Assembly (NCBI GenBank): GCA_051047955.1
Contig: JBPGPT010000010.1
Location: 310,001 to 374,000, forward strand
Direction of reading: 5' to 3'
DNA: 64,000 nt
From: Cystobasidiomycetes sp. EMM_F5
Taxonomy: Eukaryota
In this document: piece after piece, positions 26,301 through 38,300 of the stretch
How positions within the stretch are numbered: position 1 is the first letter of the stretch
Layout of the letters: each line of letters opens with the position of its first letter
Made by a program: the position numbers and the translations under genes
The notes under the pieces: generated by a model
Told to the model about the DNA's origin: nothing
The model's database searches: none
What the model saw: only the letters and a program-made list of their open reading frames with translations

Positions 26301-29158
26301 ATATTGGCGAACACCCTCGCGGCACCGAGTTCTACTCAGGACAGCACAACGAGTCAGGATGTGATTGAAGCGACCCCTGACCCGCCTGTCCAGTCTAGTA
26401 CATCCTATGGCACTGGAACGACAGCGCCTGCTTCGACCAGCACGGGTTCACTGAAGCCGTCTCTTGGTGCGATGTCTTCGTCAGACAGCGATAGCCTCCC
26501 GCCAGTAAGCCGGCTCAGCAGACCGACGCACAATGCTAGTCCGAGGCGCTCCCGCTCGCCCACGAAGCCGCTTGTACCTCTTGAAACTGGTGCATACCCT
26601 CGTGCGCCGTCTATCGGTGCCAGTTTCGAGACCCTTCCGAGTTTTCTGGCAGCCATTGACGCACACTCTAGCCAAGCAAATCCAGAAGCAATTCTTACGA
26701 TGGGCAAGGGCGATGCTGACAAATTCCGCAAATACTGCACATGGCCGACTTGTACTTACTCCTTTACGTGCGAACAGGATTCTGGCGAATTCGAGGTCAC
26801 TGAGGTATGTGCTGTTCATGCACATAGAAAAAGTGTCTGAAAAGTATCTGACGTAATGAATTTGTTATAGGTCCAGCCAGAGCACTGCGTAGAGTGTATG
26901 CAAGCTGGTTCATCTGTAAGTCCAGAAACTGTTACAAGCCTGCCCCGAAAGCTAAAGATAAGACTACAGATCCATATCCGTACTCCGCCGATCTCAGCAC
27001 CCAATACGCGGACGGGCGCATTCAGCTTGTCGACCAATGTGAGCAGGCATTCGCGCGTGAACAGCCCTCGATCGCAACAGGCTCCTACAAGCCAGAACTC
27101 GTCGGGCACATTAGCCCAGAATGTATTCCCACCAGTCCCAAGTGCTTCTGCTAGTCAACCAAACCAAGCGGATAGGACAAGTCGAACCGAGAAATCCCGA
27201 CGAAGTACTCCACGCGTATCCACACTCTTTAATGCACCTCGTGTGGGAAGTGTCTTTGACGCTGCTGACGAGCTAGAAAGGGCCATCAAGGCCTACTCCA
27301 TCAGCGTTCATCCGTTGGGTCGCATAACGGCCTCGCATGATGCCACAGGATGGACCTGGAGTTGTAAAACCTCGGACTGTCGATTCTCCTTTCACGCTGC
27401 CTACCTTAGCGTCATCGAAGGCTCAGTTCGCGTTGATCTTGTGAGTCGCTCAGAGCTTTGAGAGATATTGCAACCAGATTCTGAGGGTCAACTAGACGCA
27501 CCCACATCACGATCGGCGTTGTCTCGACAAAAAGCCGTCTGAGGACGCGCCCAAGGTCGGCAATCTCTTCGACGATCTCGAAGCATTGCAGCAGAGAATG
27601 TTCGAACATACGGAAAGGGTCAACCCCGGCTCTTCAGCGGGCTTAAGAGTCACAAACACCAACGAACGACAACGCATAGCCTGTTCGAGCCGAGAATCCG
27701 GATGTCAATATGGAGTCACTGCAGAGCCTCAGCTGTCTGGAGTCCAGATGGGCGGACTGAAAATTGTAAAGGTAAGAATCCTCTCGTCGTGCCAGAACTG
27801 AAGCTTGCTAAGCCCCTTGCAGGCGCTTCTAGTGCATAGTGATGCATGCAGACAATTTTACTCTATGATATATCTAAGAAATGTAAGATCGCAATAACAC
27901 TTTGTCAAACTTTTCGCTGATGCACGATGGCACGGCAGGCGGAAGTTCTCAGACCCAGCGGATCAGCCTCCGCAGAAGCTTTCCTACCGCCAAATTTAGT
28001 CGCATCTCGCGAGGCTCTCGCAACTCATCGTATGAAGCCACAGCAGACACATGCTCCCCTCACCGGCAGCAGGTTTGACACGGATGAGGACTTCAAAGCT
28101 GCTGTGACGCAGCACTCTGAATCAGTCAATTGCGGCAGCTCTCTCAACTGGAAGAAAACAGCTACCTACATACGATGCGAATGCAAGAATTATCATGCTG
28201 GATGTCGGTACGAATTCCACGCTGCATACTACATCGACAAGGACTTGGGCAATGTGAGACGGCTTTCCGTCACCGATGTAAGCTACCTTCTGCTGGGAAT
28301 ATCATACAGCTGACCGATTCCTCGTTTGCTCGGCAGGCTGTTATATCTCACAGCACCAAATGCGAACAGGAACTGATGATTTCCGGCAAAAAGAAGATGT
28401 CGTCACGTCCCGATGAACGTCGCCGGCTGCGCACACGATCATCAGCAGCTGCTTTCGGCACATCAGCATCGGACGCGGATGCGAGCAATGCGGATGTTGC
28501 ACCCGAAGCAGCGCCACAACCGCCTCGCAAGAAGCACAAACCGAATTCAGCATCGAAATCGAAAGTCGCTGCGAAGGCTCCTGCATCAGGATCCTCTGGC
28601 ACACCCATTTCCATTCCAAAACCACCTAGTGCTAGACCAGCCGCTTCTGCAGGGAACGGAGATGATTCTGACAGTCCTGTCGTAGAGGTCAAGGCGGAAT
28701 CGTCACCTCTGCGATCCTTACGTGGTTCGGTCGATCCCAGTAACTATGGCGAGCCGCTGGACACCCACCGGGATATACCTGCTGCACCAGTCGCTATACT
28801 CATGTCTCTTGGTTACCGGACGATTAAGGATCTATTCAATGCCGGGATTGAACAGGACGATTGGTATCCGCTCATGGATACGTTGGGTCGAGCTGCGCTC
28901 GAGTATCCGGCAGGTCTGCCCACGCATGTCGGTCCCTTCGACGTTGTGCAGCGCTTCCTGCAGCACCGTAAGCGATACATTTCGGCATACAATACTTTGT
29001 CTCATCTAACTTTTGACCAGGTCGAGCGAATGCAGCGATCAGCAAAGAAGGCATTCAAGCTGCGGAGGAGCCGCAGTGGTGGAATAGCTCATGATGCCTT
29101 TCAGGATACTATTGAGATGGGGAGCAATTTCTTGGGCGATGGTCCGATTGGACTCTGA
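23375..29158 (+). CDS. Large (~1,746 aa) 10-exon protein with seven Mutator-DBD/WRKY-GCM1-like C2HC zinc-finger repeats, a UIM and a SIM-like motif
   Basis: Exons 23375-23403, 23486-25088, 25157-25822, 25878-26068, 26120-26804, 26871-27440, 27496-27771, 27823-27882, 27939-28277 and 28337-29158 join in frame. The repeats show G-x-x-F + amphipathic helix + C-x4-9-C ... W/F/L-x-V/I ... H-x3-C. Confidence 0.75.
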
Positions 29159-29432
29159 ATGCAGTATGAGGGACTGGGGACAGTAAATGATCTGATGAGT
29201 GTGGCAGATCAAGGTATAGGGGATAGTATGGCAGATAATTTCGCAAGCCTATATGCTGCATATGCATATTCTACGCCACTTTGAAGTTGTTTTGAGACAT
29301 ATCAGCTTTCCGGAGTTCCAGCGGACAACTTGACAGAGGAACAATGATGAGCTGAGAGTGTCAACACCAGCCGATACATGCGTGAGAGTCGGTTGCAAGG
29401 CATTGCAGATACCCGCAACAGCCTTTGAATCC

Positions 29433-30787
29433 ATGCAAGAATGGTGAATACCGTCAAGGCCTGCCGTGATTGGCAGCTTGCAGATATCTGACTCCCAGCC
29501 TACCACCTTACCAGTCTGCCTCTAACTACCTAGTGGAAGCGGTATCTCCTGCACACCCTGATGACATCTGGTGTCTCAAATATACCGCTGTTGGCGTGTT
29601 GACCGGCTCTGCGGACGGGTCTCTCAAATTATGGTAAGTAAAGCGTGATAGCAGCCGCATCTCCTTATAATGCTCAATAGGATCCAATTGCAGGAGTCCT
29701 TCGAATCCAGATGAACCCCGATGTGTGATGCAATCAGCAGACCGTAAAGGAAAACAACCGCTGGCAATAGTAGGCTTAGACGTCGAGCATAATACACAAT
29801 CACCTTCGTTCGCCATCTCTGCTGCTATCGACTCGGTCGTCTCGCGATGGTCCCTGCAAGACGATAATCTCGGAACGGAAGAAGCTATATGGAGGTTACC
29901 CAATTCGGCGCTCACACAACAGCCTGGTCAAGCCTGGTCTATTAGCATCCATCCTGATCCGTCAACTTCCATATTTGCGACAAGCGGTATCGGAGGACAA
30001 ACTCGAATACTCAGTGGCGCAATACAGAATTTCGGGGAAGAGAAACTGTCCATACCGTCGAAGAGCCAGTTCGCTACTTGTGTTTATAGTCCGAATGGGA
30101 AAGTTCTGGCGACGGCTACCAGCGATGGCAATGTCTATTTATACGATAGCGAGACTGGCCAGATGCTGACGTACTGGATTGGTGAGCTCGAGCAATTTCG
30201 ATACTTTCTACGAATGACCGCACTGAACAGTAATGCTGTATACAGCGCACTCTGGCAATGTACGGTGTCTAGCCTTCTCGCCAGACTCGTCATTGGTTAT
30301 TACAGGCGGAGACGACAAGCAGATCAACGTATTTGACGTACGCGGTGTGACGACGCAAGAGCGGCATTATTCCTCTCAGACAAATGGCTCTGCTGCATCA
30401 ATGCGCCAGAGGCATCGTGTGGCTCAGCAGGTCGCCAATCTGCAAGGTCATACAGGTTGGGTGCTCAGCCTTAGCTGTCGAAGCGACGGCAAGATGTTTG
30501 CCAGCTCGTCTTCTGATGGGTGAGCATAGTACTGGATAATTCGTGGCTGTTATGCTGACTTCCCAACTTACAGAACCATACGATTGTGGGACCTCACAAG
30601 ACCAGCTTCTTCGTGTATGGCGGTGTTGAGAGAACACGAAAACGATGTATGGGCACTAGATTGGGCAGCTATGTCTCCTTCGGCTCATGCTGTAGACGGC
30701 ATAGGCGGACATGGGCTGGGCGGAGGACGATTTGCCTCTGGCGGCAAGGGTGGGGAATTGAAATGGTGGCGTGGCACTACCGGGTAG
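29433..30787 (+). CDS. SKI8: WD40 protein Ski8/WDR61 (Rec14)
   Basis: N-terminal AHPDDIWCLKY...LTGSADGSLKLW resembles the first blade of WDR61. Further blades: YSPNGKVLATATSDGNVYLYD, AHSGNVRCLAFSPDS, GHTGWVLSL, EHENDVWALDW. The start codon is tentative. Confidence 0.8.
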
Positions 30788-30945
30788 AGAGATGTGCACG
30801 CAACACTCTGCCTTTCGCATGACTCTGTTCGGTCTTTCAGCAGTGTTTCTAGCGAGCATTACAATTTCGGTAATTTTCCTCTCACCCATGCTTGGAGAAT
30901 GTTACCCAACTACCTTTTGCATGCTTGCCAATTGTTTCGCACAAC

Positions 30946-31643
30946 ATGGAAATCGACAACGACGATGACTGGCTTGATGATCAAGTCAACGATGTCGCAG
31001 CCATGCAGCGCAACGGGCAGCAAGAGTGGGAGAAGCTGTCTGCAAAGTTCACCGACGTGAGCCTGCCGTACTTAGCATACGCCAGCGAAGCCCAGCCTGA
31101 ACGATGCTCCTTGCACGATGCAAGGCAGGCTACCGCGAAGGTATCGGAGCTGGACGCAACAGCACCATGCAGGCTGGGTTCGATGAGGGATACCGCCAGG
31201 CTGCACCGATAGGGAGAGAAGTCGGGCGGCTTCGCGGTATTGCTGCAAGCTTGCTCGTACACCTCACGAGCGGGAATGCATCTCAGCAGGCCAATAAAGC
31301 GCAATCTAATACCTCAACGTCGTCGAATTCATCGCAAACTTCTGCAAATGACATTGAATTGGCGCGAGATGTGGTGCGTCGGCTGGGCAAGCTGAAGCTG
31401 CAAGACATAGCTGGACGCGACGAGGAAGCAGAGAAGCATGCCCTAGAGCACGGTGCAGAAGTGCACCTTCCCGTAGCGGTGCAGGACAAACGAGATATGG
31501 AAAGTCTCGAAGACAGCATGAGTGCTTTGGGAAATCCACAGGGTCCTGGTCAACGCGCCAACGGCAAGGAGCAACTTGAAGACTGTCGAGCAGTCCTGCA
31601 ACAACTTCTGGAGCGGGCTGGGTTGGCCACGTTGCAGCCTTAA
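30946..31643 (+). CDS. YAE1: Yae1 protein (Yae1-Lto1 adaptor for Rli1 Fe-S maturation)
   Basis: Exon 1 reads MEIDNDDDWLD...EWEKLSAKFTD. After one intron comes the deca-GX3 signature AGYREGIGAGRNSTMQAGFDEGYRQAAPIGREVGRLRG. Confidence 0.88.
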
Positions 31644-31724
31644 TGCCATCCAGGACACCATCAATAGAAAAATCATTCCCTTGCTGGCAACAACAGACTG
31701 TACCCTAGCAACGCATGACTCATG

Positions 31725-33808
31725 CTAGACGGCATTTGACAACAAGGTCGTCTCCCTAGCGAGACCGATACCGCCGGCAAGGGCCAGTATCCGTGCCCAA
31801 GCTCGGATTACTGCTCGCCGATCACCTCGAGCGCTTCGAAGACTAGCGACAGCCGAGGCCAAGACGATAATGGCAACTGCATCTCTAGCAAGACTCCGAG
31901 CGCCGACGAGTAACGAGATGAGCGCTTGACCCATCAATGATGTCAGGGAGGTCCGTGCGTTTTGACCCATTCTCGTGCCTCGCCCGGTCGCATCGGGACT
32001 TCGGAAGCGCAAGACGACGAAGAGACGGCGAAAGAAGACGCGAAGGAGTTGCAGAACGGGTGAAGCGGCGATCCACGCGCTCAAACTACCTCCGAGCGAA
32101 GTTCCAGCTGCTTGCGCTTGAAGATCATTTTGTATGTTTTCCATTAGATGCAATCGTTCGTGCAGAGCCGTAAGAGACGTCTGAATACTGTCGAGTGCTC
32201 GTTCGAGTGTTCTCTGTTGCTGTTGCTGCTGAATGTTTAGCGAATTCTGCAATTGGGCATGCTGCATGTCATGCAACTGCTGAGAACGCGCAGAAGTAGG
32301 CGGTAGAAGAGTCCCGCTTGCCGTCACGAGTGGTATTTCAGCCGTACTGATGAGACCTGGCCCGCTCCTGCCGGCCAAGTGCGCGCTGCGAGGTACTTCA
32401 TCCGGGAATACGTGGCTTGCAGGATCGGCAGATGGTAAAGCAGAGGAAAAGCTGCGAACAGTAGATTCGCGTTCACGAGCTGACGGATGTATAGGAGGGA
32501 TGTCTGCGGGTAGCTGCGCTTGCACCGGGGCGGGATACTGTGCTGGATGCTGATAAGGCGATGGTCCGGTCAAACGCCTCGACACGTTTGCCAACTGTAG
32601 ACCATCTCCGGATCTTCCAGCTCCACCTGACAGCGTACGTTGTCGATGGTGCGTCCCAGAATGCCGTTGTATCCGTGCGTGATGTTCTCTGTCGTGCCTT
32701 TCGATCTGCTCTTCCTCTTCAGACTGTGTATACTGGTCATCCTCATCTTCCCCTTCCTCTGTCGAGTAGTCGTCGTCATCGTCACTCGTATCGTCATTAT
32801 AAACTTTACGTTCTTGTTGAAACTGCTGTTGCGGCTGATTTCGTCCGGAACTGCGACTGTGCCTTTTTGGCGTTTCATCGCCGCCATCTGCTGCGTCTAG
32901 ATCCGCATTTCTTCGCAGCGGCTGCATTTGATCCGGTAGAGCAGAGTGATATGATCTCCTACTTGGCGGCGGCGATGTACTCCTATGTGAGCTAGTCTCG
33001 CTCGCTTCTGTAAGTGTCCCCTCCTCTTCCACTCTGCCCTGCATGTTATTCGACGTCGGCGTCCTGTTTCCGCTCTTTCCTATAGAAGCCAGCTGACGGA
33101 GTGCATCTACAGCTTGAGGACGGTCTCTCAGAGTCCGCAAGACGCCGATGAGCGTCTCGACATAGGACTCTTGCGCTTCTTGGCGTGTAAGCTTCTCTCG
33201 CTTCTTCCATGCATCCCACTTTGCGCGACCAAGCATATCGAGCAGCCCGGGACGAGATGTCTTTACTGGTCCTTCGGTAGCTAAGAAGCGTAGTTGACAT
33301 ACTGATCAGAAGGGTACGCTTGGATGGGTAATGAGAGACGCCTACCTTGCTTGTACAAGCTATATAGCATTAGCTTCTCTTCGTACGAGGTGGGTAAAGG
33401 CCCGCTCTTCGGTAGCTTCTGAATGATATCCACCGCTGTAAGGAAGCGTGCTTCTGAGAGGGTGATTGCATCTTCAGGGCGTCGAAGATGGCTGCTGCGA
33501 CTACTGCTGGCTAAGCTTCGTGTAGAGGGCGGAGGAGGATACGATACATTTCTGGGTGTCGAGCCAGAAGTTGCGGCCATTGTGGAAGTCGATGTATCTG
33601 GAGGTGATTGACCGGATAGCTGCTGCGTGTAGATCTGCTGAGACTGCGAGCGTCTCGGGTGATGCTGCCCAGACGACCCTTGCCCGCTCGTTCCGATATG
33701 ACCAGACGATGTCGTACGCCGCTGTTGCGATGTCGTCGCCGCTGCCCCGACACCATCATTTGCATTTGCTGCAGCTGACGACGATAACGAGCTCGACGTG
33801 CTCGCCAT
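31725..33808 (-). CDS. Acyl-CoA-binding (ACBP) domain protein with coiled coil and C-terminal hydrophobic anchor (ACBD4/5- or Atg37-like architecture)
   Basis: ARFLTAVDIIQKLPKSG...EEKLMLYSLYKQ-ATEG...DMLGRAKWDAWKK...AQESYVETL is an ACBP fold split by one intron. Coiled coil LERALDSIQTSLTALHERL, then a hydrophobic C-terminus. Confidence 0.85.
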
Positions 33809-34129
33809 GGCGGAAGGGTCAATCGCAGACTGCCAGAGGAAGCCACGGTCATCCATAATGCAAACCTTAGCGAGATTGACGCGAAAGTGTTGTATGAAAG
33901 TCGCACTGCTCACGCAGAGCTTGATGAGCTCGACAATGCCCAGGTCAGCTTTCCCTTTGTCGACGGCTGCGAAACGGTCTGGCTTTTTCGATGCTATTGC
34001 AGCCGAGTGAGCAGCATCGCGGTCATTGTAGCATGCGCGTCAGATGTGAGTAGTGGCTGAAAGCTTTGTTGGGCATCACCTCAGGACACAGAGACGCGAT
34101 CAGACTAATCCAAACAGAAATTCAACAAG

Positions 34130-35168
34130 TTAGAAGATACTGTCCAGCACCTTGTCCAGACTCGCGTCCACGCCTTTGCCCTCTTTGCGCACGACCTGTC
34201 GCTGCTCAAAGTTGCGTCCTCCACCAGTCTTTGCCTTTTTATCCGCTGGAAGGTCTTCTCCGTCTTTACTGACAAGACCTTTCCTCTCGTCTCTACCTCT
34301 CTTCTTCTCCACTGCCTTGTCGTGTGCTTTAGCCCTGTCGACTTGTCGGAGATACTCTGCTTGCTCCTTCTTGCTCTGGGCAATCTCGGTGCGCAGACGA
34401 GCTGCTCGTGTTGCTGCCTCGATGGCTAGAAGGTGGGCAAGCGTTAGTGTTTTGATGCAATCAGAAGAGGAGAGGACATGACGCACCAACTTGCTCCGAC
34501 AGCATGTTCCACTTGAACCTCGGTAGATACTTCATTGTCCATATATCATCTCGCCATTTATTCGACCCTCCATTCCGCTTGCTCCCCTTCGTCTTGATAG
34601 TCGCTGCTTCGCCTATGACACGTGCGTTGAGTAAGTCTGCAGTATGTCTTGCTATCCGTTTGTCCAAAAACTCGACCCATCCTTCCACGAACCGATGAGG
34701 CCGATGTTTATGGTTTGACTTGGTAGATGACCGCTTTGCGTTTGAATTGTTGACCTCATTACTGTCTGCCGCTACGAGATAGATCCTTCCTACGTTGCCA
34801 TACTGCGAAAGGATATGCTTCACTTTGCTCGGACCCATCCCTGGCGGTATGCGAGACAGATAGATGATGCCAGTCTGGTCTACTTTCGAATTGTACGATG
34901 CCAGATCGTCTACTTGAAGCGGTTTAGGCATGCTGTTTAGCGCTGCGTCGTCGTCGTCTTCATCTTCGTCTGCTTCTCCATTATTATTGTCAGACGAATT
35001 AGCCGACCCGTCGTCGCCATCATCTGCCAGCTTGCTCGTCGATGGGAGTGGGCCATTCAACACCTCGTCATACAAGTCTGGCTCGTCGTCGTGTACGTCT
35101 GGAGGGGTGTCCTGCCTAGCGCGCTTTTTGGTTGACGGCTTGCGTTTCGCATTTGTGTACAAGGACAT
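34130..35168 (-). CDS. ESF2: Pre-rRNA-processing protein Esf2 (ABT1 family)
   Basis: GIIYLSRIPPGM, FVEGWVEF, DDIWTMKYLPRFKWNMLSEQ, then after an intron ARLRTEIAQSKKEQAEYLRQVD. Confidence 0.95.
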
Positions 35169-35373
35169 GGCCAGCAGAGGAGGAGGAGGGGATGAAGGTC
35201 AATGCAGGATGTCTTTCAGATTGTATTGCAACAGCAGTGGTAGAAAGAAAAGCTCGAATAGCCTGTTGTCGGCGTTTATAAATCGATCAATGCCGTCTGA
35301 AATTTGTGTCATGGTCGAGCACTTGTTTGCGACAGTCTAGTGACTGCATGCATTCCTTATAACCTGCTCAGAA
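35169..35373. promoter_or_regulatory. Putative bidirectional promoter between ESF2 and RRP5
   Basis: Divergent start codons are 205 bp apart. Contains TTTATAAAT near 35275 and TGAAATTT near 35298 (partial RRPE-like). Confidence 0.45.
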
Positions 35374-38300
35374 ATGGCTGTGGTCGACACCAAAAAGAAG
35401 TCCAAGTCTGGCAGTACGACGGGGAAAGCTGTAGACTCAAAGACTGCTTCAGCCACTGGCAAGACCAAGAGCAGTATTCTGCAGAGTAAGACTGCAGGGA
35501 AAGCGGGGACGGCGACGACAAAGCAGTCTGGTAGTAAGAATGGCACAGTCAATGGTGCCGAAAAGAAGGAGAGACCGGTGCAGTCGCAACCGACAAGTCT
35601 GCTGACCGCGGCAGAAGTCGATTTTCCCAGAGGTGCAGCACCCAGAAGCGCTGGGGAACGTACTGCTCCTAAACCACTAGTTTCACAAGACAAGGGTCTC
35701 TTTAATGTTGGTCGCAAGGCAATCTGACAGACGCAATCACTGCTAATATATCACAATTTTCTCCAGGATGGCCTGCAACTGGCAGATACACCAAAGGCTG
35801 AGCGTAAGGAGAAACGCAAGAAGCCTGAAGGATCAGAGGAAGCTGTCAAAAAGCGCCGCATCTCTTCCTTATCTAAAACTGACAGATCTGCAAGCAAGAA
35901 AGGCAAAACTACGAAAGGCGCTTCTGCAGCTACCGCGCTGAAAACAGCGGAAAAGCAAGATACGTTCCGCGTCGAGCATCTTTTCTACAAAAGGCTTCTA
36001 CCTGGTCCTACCGTCGTCCTGGCTCAGATTATACATATTCTGCCCCTCGAGCTGATAGTATCGCTGCCAAACCAACTCCTCGGTCATATACCCATTACGA
36101 ATATCTCGAAGGCCTTCACACAACGCTTGGAAGCCGATGTAGAGCAGTCGGATGACGATGATGATGAGGAGGAGGACGACGACGACAAGGATGATAGCCA
36201 AGACGGAAACGAAAATCCATCGTCTAGGAAGCTGCCAAATCTTCAAGACATGTTTCAGATTGGACAATACCTTCGTACCGCTGTAGTCAAAGTACTGCCG
36301 TCCCGGACTACTGCTCATAATGCTGCGCTCGGGAGTCGGCAACAACGGGGAACGCCAGACTGGAAAGACTCGCGGAGATGTGAATTATCACTCGATCCTG
36401 AAATGGTCAACGCCGGTATCAGGAAGGACGATCTGAAATCTGGCCAACATAGCTTACAAGCTTACGTCAAGAGTGTTGAAGATAACGGTTACGTCCTCGA
36501 CTTTGGTTTGAATGCAGCTTCGAGTAATTCAAAGGACGTATTGACGGCATTCGTGACATTCAAAGCGGAAAAGAAAGTCAAGACTTCGACAGCGAGTTGG
36601 CCAAAACATGCTCTAACGCAAGGCGGAGTAGTGACTGTTCGTGTACTGAAACTCGCAGAAGGAGAGAGAACAGCAAGCGTGTCTGTCCAGCCGGGCGATG
36701 TCAATCGAATGACTCTCACCGCTGCACCAAATATCGCGTCCATCCTTCCTGGCACACTAGTACAGGCGACGATCTCTGCCGTAACGCCTGCAGGCTTGAA
36801 CCTGCGATTCCTGAATTATTTCGAGGGCACAGTCGACTCGTTCCACATGGTGCACGGAAAGGCGTATAAACCGCAAGACAAGGTGAAAGCGTGTATACTG
36901 TGGACCAGTCCGCCTGCATCCGATAGTCCCGTACGATTTGCGTGTTCACTCCTCGATCACGTAGTCAACTTCACCACTTGCAAGGCACCCTCGCTGTCGT
37001 CCGCAGATATGTCTGAGCCTGTAGCTCTATCCGAAGCCATACCGGCAGGCACCATGCTGGACCATGTGGAAATTATAAGAGTCGAGCCGGAATGGGGTCT
37101 CCTTCTCTCCATTCCCCCGCCAGCACCTGGATTACCTCCTCTTGCAGCCTGGGCGCACATTTCTCATGTATCGGATGACCATATCCAGAACCTGCAGGTT
37201 GCGACAGGATCATCGAAATGGAAAGTGGGGACAGTACATCCTGCCAGAGTAATCGGACATTCCGGTTTGGATGGCTTGATTCAAGTCTCACTACAGCCCA
37301 GTGTTATTGCGAGAAAGTTCATGCGAGTTAACGATTTACATGTTGGCGACGAGCTAGAAGGTACCGTGCAGCGGTTATCGGACTCGGCCCTGTTCGTCAA
37401 CATTGGAGGAAACGTTGCGGGAGTAGTCTGGCCAGTTCATTACTCTGACATCAAGCTCAAACACCCTGAGAGACGCTTCAAAGCAGGAGCAGCCATCAAA
37501 GCTCGCGTATTTTCGCTTGATGAGGAGAAAAATAGAGTGTCACTCACGCTCAAGAAGACACTGCTCGCGTCCAACCTCCCAGTCCTGCAGAATTTCGCCG
37601 ATGCGAAAGTTGGGACGGTTCTTCATGCTGTCGTACAATCCTTTCTGCCAGGTGACAAGGATATGCTGGTTGAGTTGTTTGGGGGCCTGAGAGCGTTTGT
37701 TCCAGTCGCCGAGGCAGCGTGAGTCATTCATTTCGGAAACCATGCACAATGTAAGATTAACCAAAACCCTCAAATGCAGCGACACGTTCGTAGAATCTAT
37801 ATCCAAAACGTACTCCGTTGGACAAGTCGTCAAAGTTCTCCTCACAAAGGTAGATGTCGATGCACGTCGCCTTACGGCCAGTATCAAGCAAGCTGCAGAT
37901 ACTTATAAAGCCCCGCAAAGAACAGAGTCGTCTAAGAAAGCCATCGCATCGATTGCTGAAATTGCTGATGTAAGCTCAGTCAAACTTGGCTCCATCGTCT
38001 CTGGCCGGATCGTCGAAGTGCACGAAACACAGGCGATCCTCAGTCTTGACAATGTACCTGGCAAGGCATTGCTCGCGCTCGCCGCACTAGCAAAGGCCCA
38101 GCAATCAACCGTGGAGGCGGTCCGCAGCACTTTGTCTTCAGGTGACGAGATGTCCAATCTACTAGTTGTGACGAAAAACGAAGAGAAAGGCATTCTTATC
38201 TTGGCACCGAATGCCAGGCCAAAAAGTCTACTTCTACCTGGAAAGACTGGGATAAGCGCGAATGGCGCCAGATCGCTGTCCTTTGAAAGTTTGACAGTCG

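Noticed and set aside
23375..29158. Autonomous Mutator transposon
   Set aside because: No DDE catalytic or SWIM domain, terminal inverted repeats or target-site duplication is visible; the gene has 9 introns and tight housekeeping neighbours.
36150..36195. GAT/GAC/GAG triplet runs (and CAG/CAA runs in the kelch and ACBP genes)
   Set aside because: These are ordinary coding low-complexity acidic or poly-Q tracts, not independent repeats.
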